32,000 nt of DNA from Vibrio vulnificus CMCP6 (GCF_000039765.1 NC_004459.3:1830001-1862000); one strand, 5' to 3'; positions 7,823 through 15,745 are shown, counted from the stretch's first letter. Program-made: numbers and translations. Notes: generated by a model from the letters alone, not told the origin.

Positions 7823-9409
7823 ATGAGTTCATCTGCTTCGATTAAGCAAACTTCACCTAAGAAACCGCTCTTTACGCGCTTTCTAGACACGGTTGAATAT
7901 TTGGGGAACTTGTTACCCCACCCAATCACACTTTTCGCCATCTTCTGTTTGGCAATCTTAATTTCTTCTGGCATCGCGGGCTATTTTGAAGTCTCCGTTG
8001 TCGACCCTCGCCCTGAGGGTGCCAAAGGCCGCGCTGCTGACGGTATGATTCACGTTGTGAGCTTACTTAACGCAGACGGACTAGAGCTGATCGTGACCAA
8101 TCTCGTTAAAAACTTTGTCGGCTTTGCTCCTTTAGGCACAGTACTGGTGGCCATGTTGGGTGTTGCAATTGCAGAACACTCAGGTCTACTTTCTGCGGCC
8201 ATGCGTGGCATGGTGATGGGTGCGTCTAAGCGCATGGTGACCGTCACTGTGGTCTTTGCAGGTATCATTTCGAACACTGCATCTGAGCTTGGTTATGTGG
8301 TTCTGATTCCGCTTGCGGCGATGTTGTTCCACTCACTCGGTCGTCACCCTCTTGCGGGCTTGGCTGCTGCGTTTGCGGGTGTGTCTGGTGGTTACTCGGC
8401 AAACCTGTTGATCGGTACGGTGGATCCACTGCTTTCAGGTATTACTGAAACGGCAGCAAAAATGATCGACCCTACATACACGGTTGGTCCTGAAGTGAAC
8501 TGGTACTTCATGTTCGCGTCGACGTTTGTTATTTCATTCTTGGGTGCTTTTGTCACCGAAAAAGTCGTTGAGCCTAAACTGGGCAAATACAACGTTGAGG
8601 AAGCTGCAGAAGATCTCTCAAACGATAAGATGGGCAGTCTCACTGACGTTGAGAAAAAAGGTCTGAAACTGGCGGGTGTTGCGGTATTAGTGGTATCGGC
8701 ATTACTTGCTTGGACGATTGTTCCAGCTGACGGTGTGTTGCGCTCTGACGCAGGTACGGTAGCGGGTTCACCATTCCTTAAGAGTATTGTGGCGTTTATC
8801 TTTGTCTTCTTCGCTATCCCTGGCTTTGTTTACGGTAAAGTCGTTGGCACGATGAAGAATGACCGCGATGTGATTGATGCGATGTCAAAATCCATGTCTT
8901 CAATGGGTATGTACATTGTGTTGGTGTTCTTTGCTGCTCAGTTTGTTGCTTTCTTTAAGTGGACTAACTTCGGTCAAGTTTTCGCGGTGGCGGGTGCCGA
9001 TTTCCTACAGACCATTGGTCTTACTGGCCCGATGCTGTTCTTTGCCTTCATCCTTATGTGTGGCTTCATCAACTTGATGATTGGTTCTGCCTCTGCTCAG
9101 TGGGCGGTCACCGCACCGATCTTTGTTCCAATGTTGATGCTGGTGGGTTATGCACCTGAAACGATTCAAGCGGCATACCGTATCGGTGATTCCGTGACGA
9201 ACATCATCACGCCGATGATGAGCTACTTCGGTCTGATCCTCGCGGTTGCCACTCACTACATGAAGAACATGGGTATCGGTACACTGATCTCTGTGATGCT
9301 GCCGTACTCTATCGTCTTTATGGTGGGTTGGAGCTTGTTGTTCTACGTATGGGTATTTGTGTTTGGTTTGCCAGTGGGCCCAGGCGCGGCAACGTACTAC
9401 ACGCCATAA
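7823..9409 (+). CDS. AbgT family transporter (p-aminobenzoyl-glutamate transporter / MtrF-like)
   Basis: 528-aa polytopic membrane protein. The N-terminus ..FTRFLDTVEYLGNLLPHPITLFAIF.. is characteristic of AbgT. Strong RBS AAGGAGGG. Confidence 0.85.
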   Translation: MSSSASIKQTSPKKPLFTRFLDTVEYLGNLLPHPITLFAIFCLAILISSGIAGYFEVSVVDPRPEGAKGRAADGMIHVVSLLNADGLELIVTNLVKNFVGFAPLGTVLVAMLGVAIAEHSGLLSAAMRGMVMGASKRMVTVTVVFAGIISNTASELGYVVLIPLAAMLFHSLGRHPLAGLAAAFAGVSGGYSANLLIGTVDPLLSGITETAAKMIDPTYTVGPEVNWYFMFASTFVISFLGAFVTEKVVEPKLGKYNVEEAAEDLSNDKMGSLTDVEKKGLKLAGVAVLVVSALLAWTIVPADGVLRSDAGTVAGSPFLKSIVAFIFVFFAIPGFVYGKVVGTMKNDRDVIDAMSKSMSSMGMYIVLVFFAAQFVAFFKWTNFGQVFAVAGADFLQTIGLTGPMLFFAFILMCGFINLMIGSASAQWAVTAPIFVPMLMLVGYAPETIQAAYRIGDSVTNIITPMMSYFGLILAVATHYMKNMGIGTLISVMLPYSIVFMVGWSLLFYVWVFVFGLPVGPGAATYYTP

Positions 9410-9435
9410 GCCTTAACTCGACATCTCGACTCGAA

Positions 9436-9472
9436 ACAGAAGCCTGCGAATATCGCAGGCTTCTGTCTATTT
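9436..9472 (+). terminator. Rho-independent terminator after the AbgT gene
   Basis: 14-bp perfect stem acagaagcctgcga/tcgcaggcttctgt with a 3-nt loop, followed by a T-rich tail. Confidence 0.8.
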
Positions 9473-9572
9473 ATAACTCTGCAAAAGGATACAAAGAGTT
9501 TGTCTCACTTCTTATTTTGAACCGGTGAAACAATTTCAGCACTTGATTAGCTGTTTCTATGGAAAGGCATTA

Positions 9573-10682
9573 TCAAGGAATTTCTTCACCATTCCACTCT
9601 ATATCAACGGTCGAAGCCGCAGCAAATTTCACTTTGTTCTTCCTTGCGATTTGAAGTAGCTCAAAAACGCTCAACATTTGATACCTGATCGGTAAGTCGT
9701 GTTGCCGCATTACGTTGACGCCTGATAGCCAATCTTGCCAAGTGTTTGCTTTAAAAAAGGATAATCCGCCTCGTGCGATGAGCGAAACCGCTCCTAAATG
9801 GTGTAACTGCGGTTTTGTAGGAAAAGAGAACGCAAGTTCGGGAAACAAGTGAGTGCATTGAGGTGAGAGTAGGTGTAAACCACTAGTGGCTCTTGGGTTA
9901 CACTCGATTATATATAGCTCATCGTTTGTCTGGATAAAATCAAATGAAACTTGACCATGATAGTGATGCCGATGTCCAAAAGCCGTCATAAATGCCTCTA
10001 ATCGATCATCAACTATCGGTTGAAATGCACTGGCGGCAGAGCCATTTACACAGTTTTTGGGCAGATAAGCTTGGTGTGCTCTCATTTGACCATGTTCAAA
10101 AATCGCGTAGTTGCAAATAGGTGCTCCATGGATTTTTTCTTGCTGTACCCAAGGATGTTGAGTCGACATCGTGAGAGTGGAAATAGACTGACGGGTAATA
10201 TCTCGTATTACTTCACCGCCGAATCGAGAGTAAACCGGTTTGAGTACTGAGTCTGCGTTAATCTTGATGTCATGTTTATCAGTAACCAAACGAGTTTTGG
10301 GTAGGGAAATCTCAGGTAAATTTCGAAGTTGGTCAAAGACGGTAAACTTGTTGTGCAGTGAGCGCAGTAATGTCGAATTGGGTAGAAAAAAATGGACTCT
10401 CGGACACTGTTGGGCAATGTGTGCCAAATAGAACACTTCTTCACAAGTCGGTATCACCATATCAATGCGTTGCTGAGTGAGTAAATTGAGGATCTGTTGC
10501 TGGTAAGTAGGAAAGGAGAATCGAGGTGAAGCCGTTTTTACGTAATGCTCAATGCCTCGTAAAAACGCCCCCAGAGGTTGTGCTAATGAATCAGTGAGAA
10601 TGACATCGTGTCCATGCTTTATACACATCGCTGCCCACTCTAATGCGACGGGTGCCCGGGCGCCAGTGATTAAAATCCGCAT
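9573..10682 (-). CDS. ATP-grasp domain ligase (last gene of the five-gene operon)
   Basis: From the internal Met, MRILITGARAPVALEWAAM..HDVILTDS is a pre-ATP-grasp Rossmann-like N-terminus. It also has a ..VLKPVYSRFGGEV.. nucleotide-binding segment and a ..YIIECNPRATSG.. C-terminal ATP-grasp motif. The ATG at 10682 overlaps the upstream stop by 13 nt. The longer track start at 10721 is possible but less likely. Confidence 0.75.
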   Translation of the reverse strand: MRILITGARAPVALEWAAMCIKHGHDVILTDSLAQPLGAFLRGIEHYVKTASPRFSFPTYQQQILNLLTQQRIDMVIPTCEEVFYLAHIAQQCPRVHFFLPNSTLLRSLHNKFTVFDQLRNLPEISLPKTRLVTDKHDIKINADSVLKPVYSRFGGEVIRDITRQSISTLTMSTQHPWVQQEKIHGAPICNYAIFEHGQMRAHQAYLPKNCVNGSAASAFQPIVDDRLEAFMTAFGHRHHYHGQVSFDFIQTNDELYIIECNPRATSGLHLLSPQCTHLFPELAFSFPTKPQLHHLGAVSLIARGGLSFFKANTWQDWLSGVNVMRQHDLPIRYQMLSVFELLQIARKNKVKFAAASTVDIEWNGEEIP

Positions 10683-11938
10683 GTGTTCACCACTCGTCGT
10701 TGTTTGTTCATCGGAGTCCAAATCGGAGCAGGGCGATAATTGAATGTGACGGGATCAAGCCTTAGTTGATCAAACAGTTTTACTAGGGCTCGGTAAATGG
10801 CCGGGTGATGGTGAACATCCGCTTCTATTTGAATAGCCTGAGCTCCGGTTTGGGTGATTCGGTAATCGACGCGATCTTGAATTTCTAAAGTGATGGATCG
10901 GTAAATAAGATCAGGTAGCACCGACACGGCTACTTGGCTTGCGTTCAATTTTAGGCAGTCGCCACATCGCCCGGCAATAGCTCCGAGCGGTTCAAATACA
11001 CCGTTGTCCTGTTTGCTCTCAATGATATCGTCAAGCTGGTAGCGAATAATTGGCTGAGTTTTACGACGAAAATCAGTGATGATAGGGCTGTAATGAGTGC
11101 GTTCAGCGTTTAGCCAATGTTTTTCAATATAGACAATATCTTGATTCCATCGCATTTGTCCTTGTTGGTCAGTGCACGCAAGAAAACCTTCAGTACATTG
11201 ATAGACTTCATGCAATTCACTATCGAATTTTTGAGAAATATAGTGACGATCGATCTCGGTTAGCACCTCTGCTCCAGAAATGATCCGTTTCGGCTGGATC
11301 GCTGGCTGACCAAATTGACCACTGAATTGAGCACAGAGTTGAAGGGCTTGAGCGCTACCAACCAAAAGCGTGGGTTGAAACTCATCTAGTTCCTTTATCC
11401 ACTCTTGGTAAGGTTTGTTTAAATCAGCATAAAAGAACGTAATGGGACCTTTTGCTACGGATTTATATAGCGGGCTGTTGGCTCGCAGGGCAAGAGCTAT
11501 TCGATGTTTTCCCCACAAGCTGGGTAAGAGGCGACCCAAAATATTACCTGCCCAGAGTTGTGTCTCTTGTTTATCCGCGAGAAACAATCCGCGCATACCA
11601 GAGGTGCCTGAAGACAGTCCAACAGTTACATTGCCAACTTTTGACGCTGCGAAATTGCGTGATTTTTCTGCCTCTAATGCTTGTTGCATTAATGAGTTTG
11701 CATCCAAACCTTTTGTGTTTAACTCAGAGAGATTTTCCATCATGGTTTGCTTATTCATGATTGGGAAATCACGGAGTGACGCTCCTTGAAATGAATGATA
11801 ATAAGGAGAATGGCGACACACCCAATCCAGATGTTGTGTTACCTGTTTTTGTTGCCACTTTTCAACATGTGTTCTTGAGCTAAAAGGGCGGTAGCGCGTA
11901 CGCCAAAACTCAGAGAGAAGCGTTCTCACATTATCCAT
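10670..11938 (-). CDS. Adenylate-forming enzyme, coenzyme F390 synthetase / PaaK-like family
   Basis: The N-terminal region resembles PaaK/F390 synthetase (..HVEKWQQKQVTQHLDWVCRHSPYYHSF..). It has a phosphate-binding loop, GLSSGTSGMRGLF, related to SSGTTG. The start at 11938 (MDNVRTLL..) is chosen because the upstream 27 codons lie wholly inside the MBL gene. The start is uncertain because of weak SD spacing. Confidence 0.75.
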   Translation of the reverse strand: MDNVRTLLSEFWRTRYRPFSSRTHVEKWQQKQVTQHLDWVCRHSPYYHSFQGASLRDFPIMNKQTMMENLSELNTKGLDANSLMQQALEAEKSRNFAASKVGNVTVGLSSGTSGMRGLFLADKQETQLWAGNILGRLLPSLWGKHRIALALRANSPLYKSVAKGPITFFYADLNKPYQEWIKELDEFQPTLLVGSAQALQLCAQFSGQFGQPAIQPKRIISGAEVLTEIDRHYISQKFDSELHEVYQCTEGFLACTDQQGQMRWNQDIVYIEKHWLNAERTHYSPIITDFRRKTQPIIRYQLDDIIESKQDNGVFEPLGAIAGRCGDCLKLNASQVAVSVLPDLIYRSITLEIQDRVDYRITQTGAQAIQIEADVHHHPAIYRALVKLFDQLRLDPVTFNYRPAPIWTPMNKQRRVVNTCGF

Positions 11939-12789
11939 CCTTCTGTAATTAACTGTTGGATTGTCGCTTGGCAATGAGAAGGCACAAAGCGCACAAAATG
12001 ATGGGTATGCTGGTAGCAATTTCTCAACTCAGAGAGTGTTTGCTTGTAGGCTTGGGTATCATCGCAAAGCAGGTTCGCGAGCCAATGTTGATCGATGTTT
12101 TCACTCAAGTTCTCGATTAACCAACAGGCATCAGCTAACAAGAACAGCCAACCTTGCTCTCTCTTCACTAAAAGCCCTACTTGACCAGCAGCATGTCCGG
12201 GTAAACTCACCATGTAAATTAAGCCGTCGTTGAACATATCTTTACAAAGCAGATCAACGCCTTGGCAATGGGGAAGGATTTCACCAATGGGGATGGAAAA
12301 ATCACGGTGCATGACCAAGTTGGATTCGAGTTGTTGAGGGAGTAGCGCTTTTAGGTATCCTTTTCTAACGCCTCCCACTCGACCACTCTTAGTTAGGGCG
12401 TCCACTCCTTTTTGTTGGCAATGTAATTGGGAGTGCGCAAACTCAGACACGGCAGCGATGTGGTCGGCATGGAAGTGAGAAAGGACCAAGTGCTCAATCT
12501 CATGAGGTCCGATTTTTTCTTTTGCTAACTGGGCCACAATTCCGCGCTCTTTTTGATAGTGACATGGTGTTGTCCAAGCATAAAAGCGTTCAGGGAAGGG
12601 ACGAGTGGCACGGAAAAAATGCTCGTGATACCCAGTATCAAACAGAATGTTACCTTTAGTTGGGTGTTGAATTAACGCGACAGCCGCTGGAAACGATCTT
12701 GGCTTTAACCCAGAGCCGGGTTTGACGACAAAACTAGGGTGTACGCAGTGCCCAGCCTCAAAGATTTTTATTTTTAGACCAGTCTGCAT
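11926..12789 (-). CDS. MBL-fold metallo-hydrolase
   Basis: HxHxDH zinc motif (LVLSHFHADHIAA) followed by later His/Asp ligand candidates (..LPGHAAGQ.., ..LLADACW..). The N-terminus MQTGLKIKIFEAGHC is typical of lactonase/glyoxalase-II-like MBL proteins. Confidence 0.8.
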   Translation of the reverse strand: MQTGLKIKIFEAGHCVHPSFVVKPGSGLKPRSFPAAVALIQHPTKGNILFDTGYHEHFFRATRPFPERFYAWTTPCHYQKERGIVAQLAKEKIGPHEIEHLVLSHFHADHIAAVSEFAHSQLHCQQKGVDALTKSGRVGGVRKGYLKALLPQQLESNLVMHRDFSIPIGEILPHCQGVDLLCKDMFNDGLIYMVSLPGHAAGQVGLLVKREQGWLFLLADACWLIENLSENIDQHWLANLLCDDTQAYKQTLSELRNCYQHTHHFVRFVPSHCQATIQQLITEGWIM

Positions 12790-13744
12790 ACTGTTGGATT
12801 CCTTCTTGAACTGAAAAAAGCGGTTGGTAATTCAGCTTTTTCTGCGCCTTACTGATATCTAGAGTTTGGTGGTAGTTAAATAACCCTGCGCTGTATGAAG
12901 TGAGCTTTGGCTCCGGTTGGTACGGTAAGCGCATCCGTATTTGCTCACTGAGTTTTAATAACGGCAACACTAAGCGGTATGGGAGTGATATTAATTTAAC
13001 GTTTATGTTCAATGCTTCACACAAAGCTCTTAGCACGGTCTCAATAGGCATTGGCTCGTTGTTGGATATATTGAATATGTCACCATGTTGAAGTTGTTCC
13101 GCTTGAGTACAAGCAAGCATGGCAGCATGGGCTACATTATCGACATAAGTCAGATCAACAACCGGATTTCGCCCGGATGGCAGAAGTAGTGTGTCGTTTT
13201 TTATCGCTTTAAGTACCCTAGGGATAATCGCGCGATCGTTAGGACCGAAAATACCACGAGGTCTTAAAATGATCGTTTTGCTTTGTCCCTGTATGGCTTC
13301 AAGTTCAGACAAGTATTTTGTGTGCGCGTAATCATTACACCAACGCGAAGCAATATCGTCTGTTTCTCGAATATTCCACCTGTCTTTGTAGTCAAAATAG
13401 ACGCTGGTGGAGGAAATATGGATAAAACGTGATACCTGATGGGCATTCGCTGCGCTGATGAGGTTTTTTGTGGTGTCTACATTGGATTGATAAAACGCTT
13501 CCCACTTTCCCCAAGGGCTTGAGAGCGCAGCGCAATGGATGATCCCATCAATACCTTGGCATACATCATAAACCGCTGATTTATCCTCTAAATTGAGTAA
13601 ATGCGGTGTGACATTGAATTGGTCGGTGAGTTGTTTTGCGATGACAGTATTTCGCGCAGTAAAGTGCAGTTCATGTTGCTGGTGAAACATCCGTAGAATC
13701 GCACTACCCAGCATACCACTGCCACCTGTGACTAATATTTTCAT
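12758..13744 (-). CDS. NAD(P)-dependent extended short-chain dehydrogenase/reductase (epimerase/dehydratase / 3-beta-HSD family)
   Basis: N-terminal Rossmann motif MKILVTGGSGMLGSAI (TGxxGxxG) and catalytic YxxxK (YAHTK). At 328 aa, the length fits an extended SDR. Confidence 0.85.
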   Translation of the reverse strand: MKILVTGGSGMLGSAILRMFHQQHELHFTARNTVIAKQLTDQFNVTPHLLNLEDKSAVYDVCQGIDGIIHCAALSSPWGKWEAFYQSNVDTTKNLISAANAHQVSRFIHISSTSVYFDYKDRWNIRETDDIASRWCNDYAHTKYLSELEAIQGQSKTIILRPRGIFGPNDRAIIPRVLKAIKNDTLLLPSGRNPVVDLTYVDNVAHAAMLACTQAEQLQHGDIFNISNNEPMPIETVLRALCEALNINVKLISLPYRLVLPLLKLSEQIRMRLPYQPEPKLTSYSAGLFNYHQTLDISKAQKKLNYQPLFSVQEGIQQYADWSKNKNL

Positions 13745-14730
13745 AGTTTAAGGACTCCCATCCCCAACGAGAGCCCAGCAGCAGTGCCCGCCAATAAAAC
13801 ATGTTTCCCTTGTGTGCCTGGTTGGTTGCGTAGCCAGTGCAAGTTTATCGGCAATGACGCAGCGACTTGGTTACCCAAGGTGGAAAAGTGATTAACGATT
13901 TTCTCTTTCGGTAAACCAACGAGTGAGGGTAATTTCTTTAAACCGTGAGCACTCGCTTGGTGTGGAAGAAAGTAGTCAATATCGCGAAGGGTAACTGGAG
14001 AGGAGCAAAAGCCTTTTTCAAGAAACGCAGGCAAAGTTTTGCGCACATGTTTAAACAGTGCTTTGCCTTCCATTTCAAATTGGCAGTTTTTCAAATAGGC
14101 TTGATGCTCTGAAGTATGCGGGTTGATATGACTGCCTCCCCCCTTTATTTGACAGAATGAATACCCAGCGTGATGCGTTTCAAAGTGGCTCGTGAGCAGC
14201 CCTTCATTCTCTGTTTGCTCTAGTAAAAACGCTGCTGCACCGTCGGCGAATAAGGTTGCAACTTCAGGTTTGAGTGTGAAGCTGCGATTCAATGTGATGC
14301 CCGTAGCGAGCTCACTGGTGACAATAAGAATACGTTGGTAGCGTTTTGCTAAAAAAAGGTTCTGAGCAAGATTGAGAGCGGAGAGAAAAGACAAACACGT
14401 ACTGTTTAAATCAAAACTTTCTAGCGATGTCGGGGCGTCTAATGCCGCTAAGACTGCCGATGCATCATAAGGTAAAGACTGATGATGTGTGCCACTGGCA
14501 TAAATAAGGAGGTTAACAGAACTTAGCGAATGTGTGTTAGCGAGACATTGCGTTATCGCTTGCATTGCCATATATACAGCGGTTTCTTTCGTGTCGGCTA
14601 CATGACGATACTCAACGTCGAATTTGTTTCGACAAGTTCCTGAGGGTAATTTTAGGAAGCGATCCATCTCCCGATCTGACCACTGATTGACTGGCAGATA
14701 GCTTCCACTGGAAAGGATATTAAAGCCCAT
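13741..14730 (-). CDS. 3-oxoacyl-ACP synthase III (FabH-like KAS III) family condensing enzyme, first gene of the operon
   Basis: N-terminus ..ILSSGSYLP.. resembles FabH. The active-site Cys sits in NSTCLSF at residue 112 by my count, with His in LPHQAS and Asn in GNQVAAS. The C-terminal GxG region AGTAAGLSLG is also present. Confidence 0.85.
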   Translation of the reverse strand: MGFNILSSGSYLPVNQWSDREMDRFLKLPSGTCRNKFDVEYRHVADTKETAVYMAMQAITQCLANTHSLSSVNLLIYASGTHHQSLPYDASAVLAALDAPTSLESFDLNSTCLSFLSALNLAQNLFLAKRYQRILIVTSELATGITLNRSFTLKPEVATLFADGAAAFLLEQTENEGLLTSHFETHHAGYSFCQIKGGGSHINPHTSEHQAYLKNCQFEMEGKALFKHVRKTLPAFLEKGFCSSPVTLRDIDYFLPHQASAHGLKKLPSLVGLPKEKIVNHFSTLGNQVAASLPINLHWLRNQPGTQGKHVLLAGTAAGLSLGMGVLKL

Positions 14731-14926
14731 TATTTTCTACAAAGTCATTAAAAACGCCGTTCAAAATAATTCAAGTTGCATATTGGATCTATATCAAGAG
14801 GGTGAAAAAGGTAAGTGAGAGAATGCGAATGGGAGCGATAACACGCTTTGTATGCAAGGCTGGGTACAAAATATTCACTAGTGAGCCAGATGTTGATCAA
14901 CTGGCTCAATTTAAAAGGTGAGAGCT

Positions 14927-15376
14927 TTATTTCTTAAATTTGGCCAAAATGCGATCCAAATGATTGGCAAATTCGCGGCGTTCGGTTTGCGAGAGAGCCG
15001 CAGGGCCGCCAGTCTGGATTCCACTTGAGCGCATGGTTTCCATAAAGTCACGAATGTTAAGGCGCGCTTTAATGGTGTCTTTAGTATACAACTCACCACG
15101 TGAACTTAAGGCGAGTGCGCCTTTGGTGATCACTTCATCGGCGAGCGGAATATCAGAAGTAATCACCAAATCGTTTGGTTCCACACGTTTGACGATCTCG
15201 TTATCCGCAATGTCGAAGCCGGCAGGCACTTGCAAACTGTGGATGTTGGGCCTTCTTGGTACTGGTACAACGTGATTAGCGACAAAGGTGCATTCGACAC
15301 CGGTTCGCTCTGCTGCGCGGACAATGGTTTCTCGAATCACTTTTGGACAGGCGTCGGCATCAACCCATATCTTCAT
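14927..15376 (-). CDS. yaiI: YaiI/YqxD family protein (UPF0178, DUF188)
   Basis: [18 protein letters not shown].. is the hallmark N-terminus of UPF0178. 149 aa. Confidence 0.85.
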   Translation of the reverse strand: MKIWVDADACPKVIRETIVRAAERTGVECTFVANHVVPVPRRPNIHSLQVPAGFDIADNEIVKRVEPNDLVITSDIPLADEVITKGALALSSRGELYTKDTIKARLNIRDFMETMRSSGIQTGGPAALSQTERREFANHLDRILAKFKK

Positions 15377-15666
15377 TGGTTTTTCTCTTTTAGTTGTGCT
15401 TCTAATGCATCGATACGAGCTGCCAGCTTCAGGACGGTCGCTTCGAGTTGGGCAATGCGTTCCGCATCTTGATTGGTTTGACTTGCCACTTCGATCTTCG
15501 GTACGCGCTGGGCGCTCTTCCAGCTTTTGATCGCGGCAATGATCGCAGGCATGGGGACCGATGTTTTTAATCGTGCCTTCACGAGCGCGACAGACGGCTC
15601 TTTTCCTTGCTGCTGAAGCTGTTCAAGCACCGCTTCCAGCTCTTTGGTGACATCTTGAGTTAACAT
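15373..15666 (-). CDS. Small protein with a KfrA_N-like DNA-binding N-terminus and a C-terminal coiled coil
   Basis: ..[32 protein letters not shown].. resembles the KfrA N-terminal domain pattern (..G..PTV..VR..LG.GS...I...L..W.). The C-terminus [27 protein letters not shown] has heptad character. AGGAAG RBS. The stop overlaps the yaiI start (ATGA). Confidence 0.5.
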   Translation of the reverse strand: MLTQDVTKELEAVLEQLQQQGKEPSVALVKARLKTSVPMPAIIAAIKSWKSAQRVPKIEVASQTNQDAERIAQLEATVLKLAARIDALEAQLKEKNQ

Positions 15667-15745
15667 TTTTTCTTCCTGATAACGATATGTTTATCATGAT
15701 ACGTGGCACTAAGGTTTTTGGCGAATAGCAATTTCGGTAATTGCG

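Noticed and set aside
11442-11789. Plus-strand ORFs of 102-115 aa antisense to the adenylating-enzyme gene. Similar antisense ORFs occur inside proS, glnD, abgT, tsf, dxr and rseP (for example 5752..6078, 20904..21197, 24860..25129 and 31614..31970).
   Set aside because: They are embedded antisense or out of frame within long genes that have clear family signatures. Their compositions are low-complexity and they have no RBS. They are typical shadow ORFs.
10683-12019. Longer N-terminal extensions given by the track for the ATP-grasp gene (start 10721) and the adenylating-enzyme gene (start 12019). Similar extensions exist for rpsB (24047), yaeP (3693), the DUF533 gene (4467), pyrH (25987) and the NSS transporter (1733).
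   Set aside because: The extensions are non-conserved, lie inside the upstream gene or leader, and lack an RBS. Internal Met codons reproduce the conserved family N-termini. The starts in the orphan operon remain somewhat uncertain.
9512-14769. An 11-bp inverted match (TTATTTTGAAC at 9512-9522, reverse complement at 14759-14769) bracketing the five-gene operon, as possible terminal inverted repeats of a mobile element
   Set aside because: The match is too short and AT-rich to distinguish from chance. There is no transposase or integrase, no target-site duplication and no tRNA. I mention it only as context and do not call it a mobile element.
14731-14926. A dedicated promoter for the five-gene operon (for example TTGAAT-N16-TTTAAT on the minus strand, near 14747-14774), and a yaiI terminator (7-bp stem gagccag/ctggctc, 14884-14908)
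   Set aside because: Both signals are weak. The -35 is poor, there is no clear SD before the KAS III ATG, and the hairpin has an 11-nt loop and a poor U-tract. I cannot decide from sequence whether the operon has its own promoter or is read through from yaiI.
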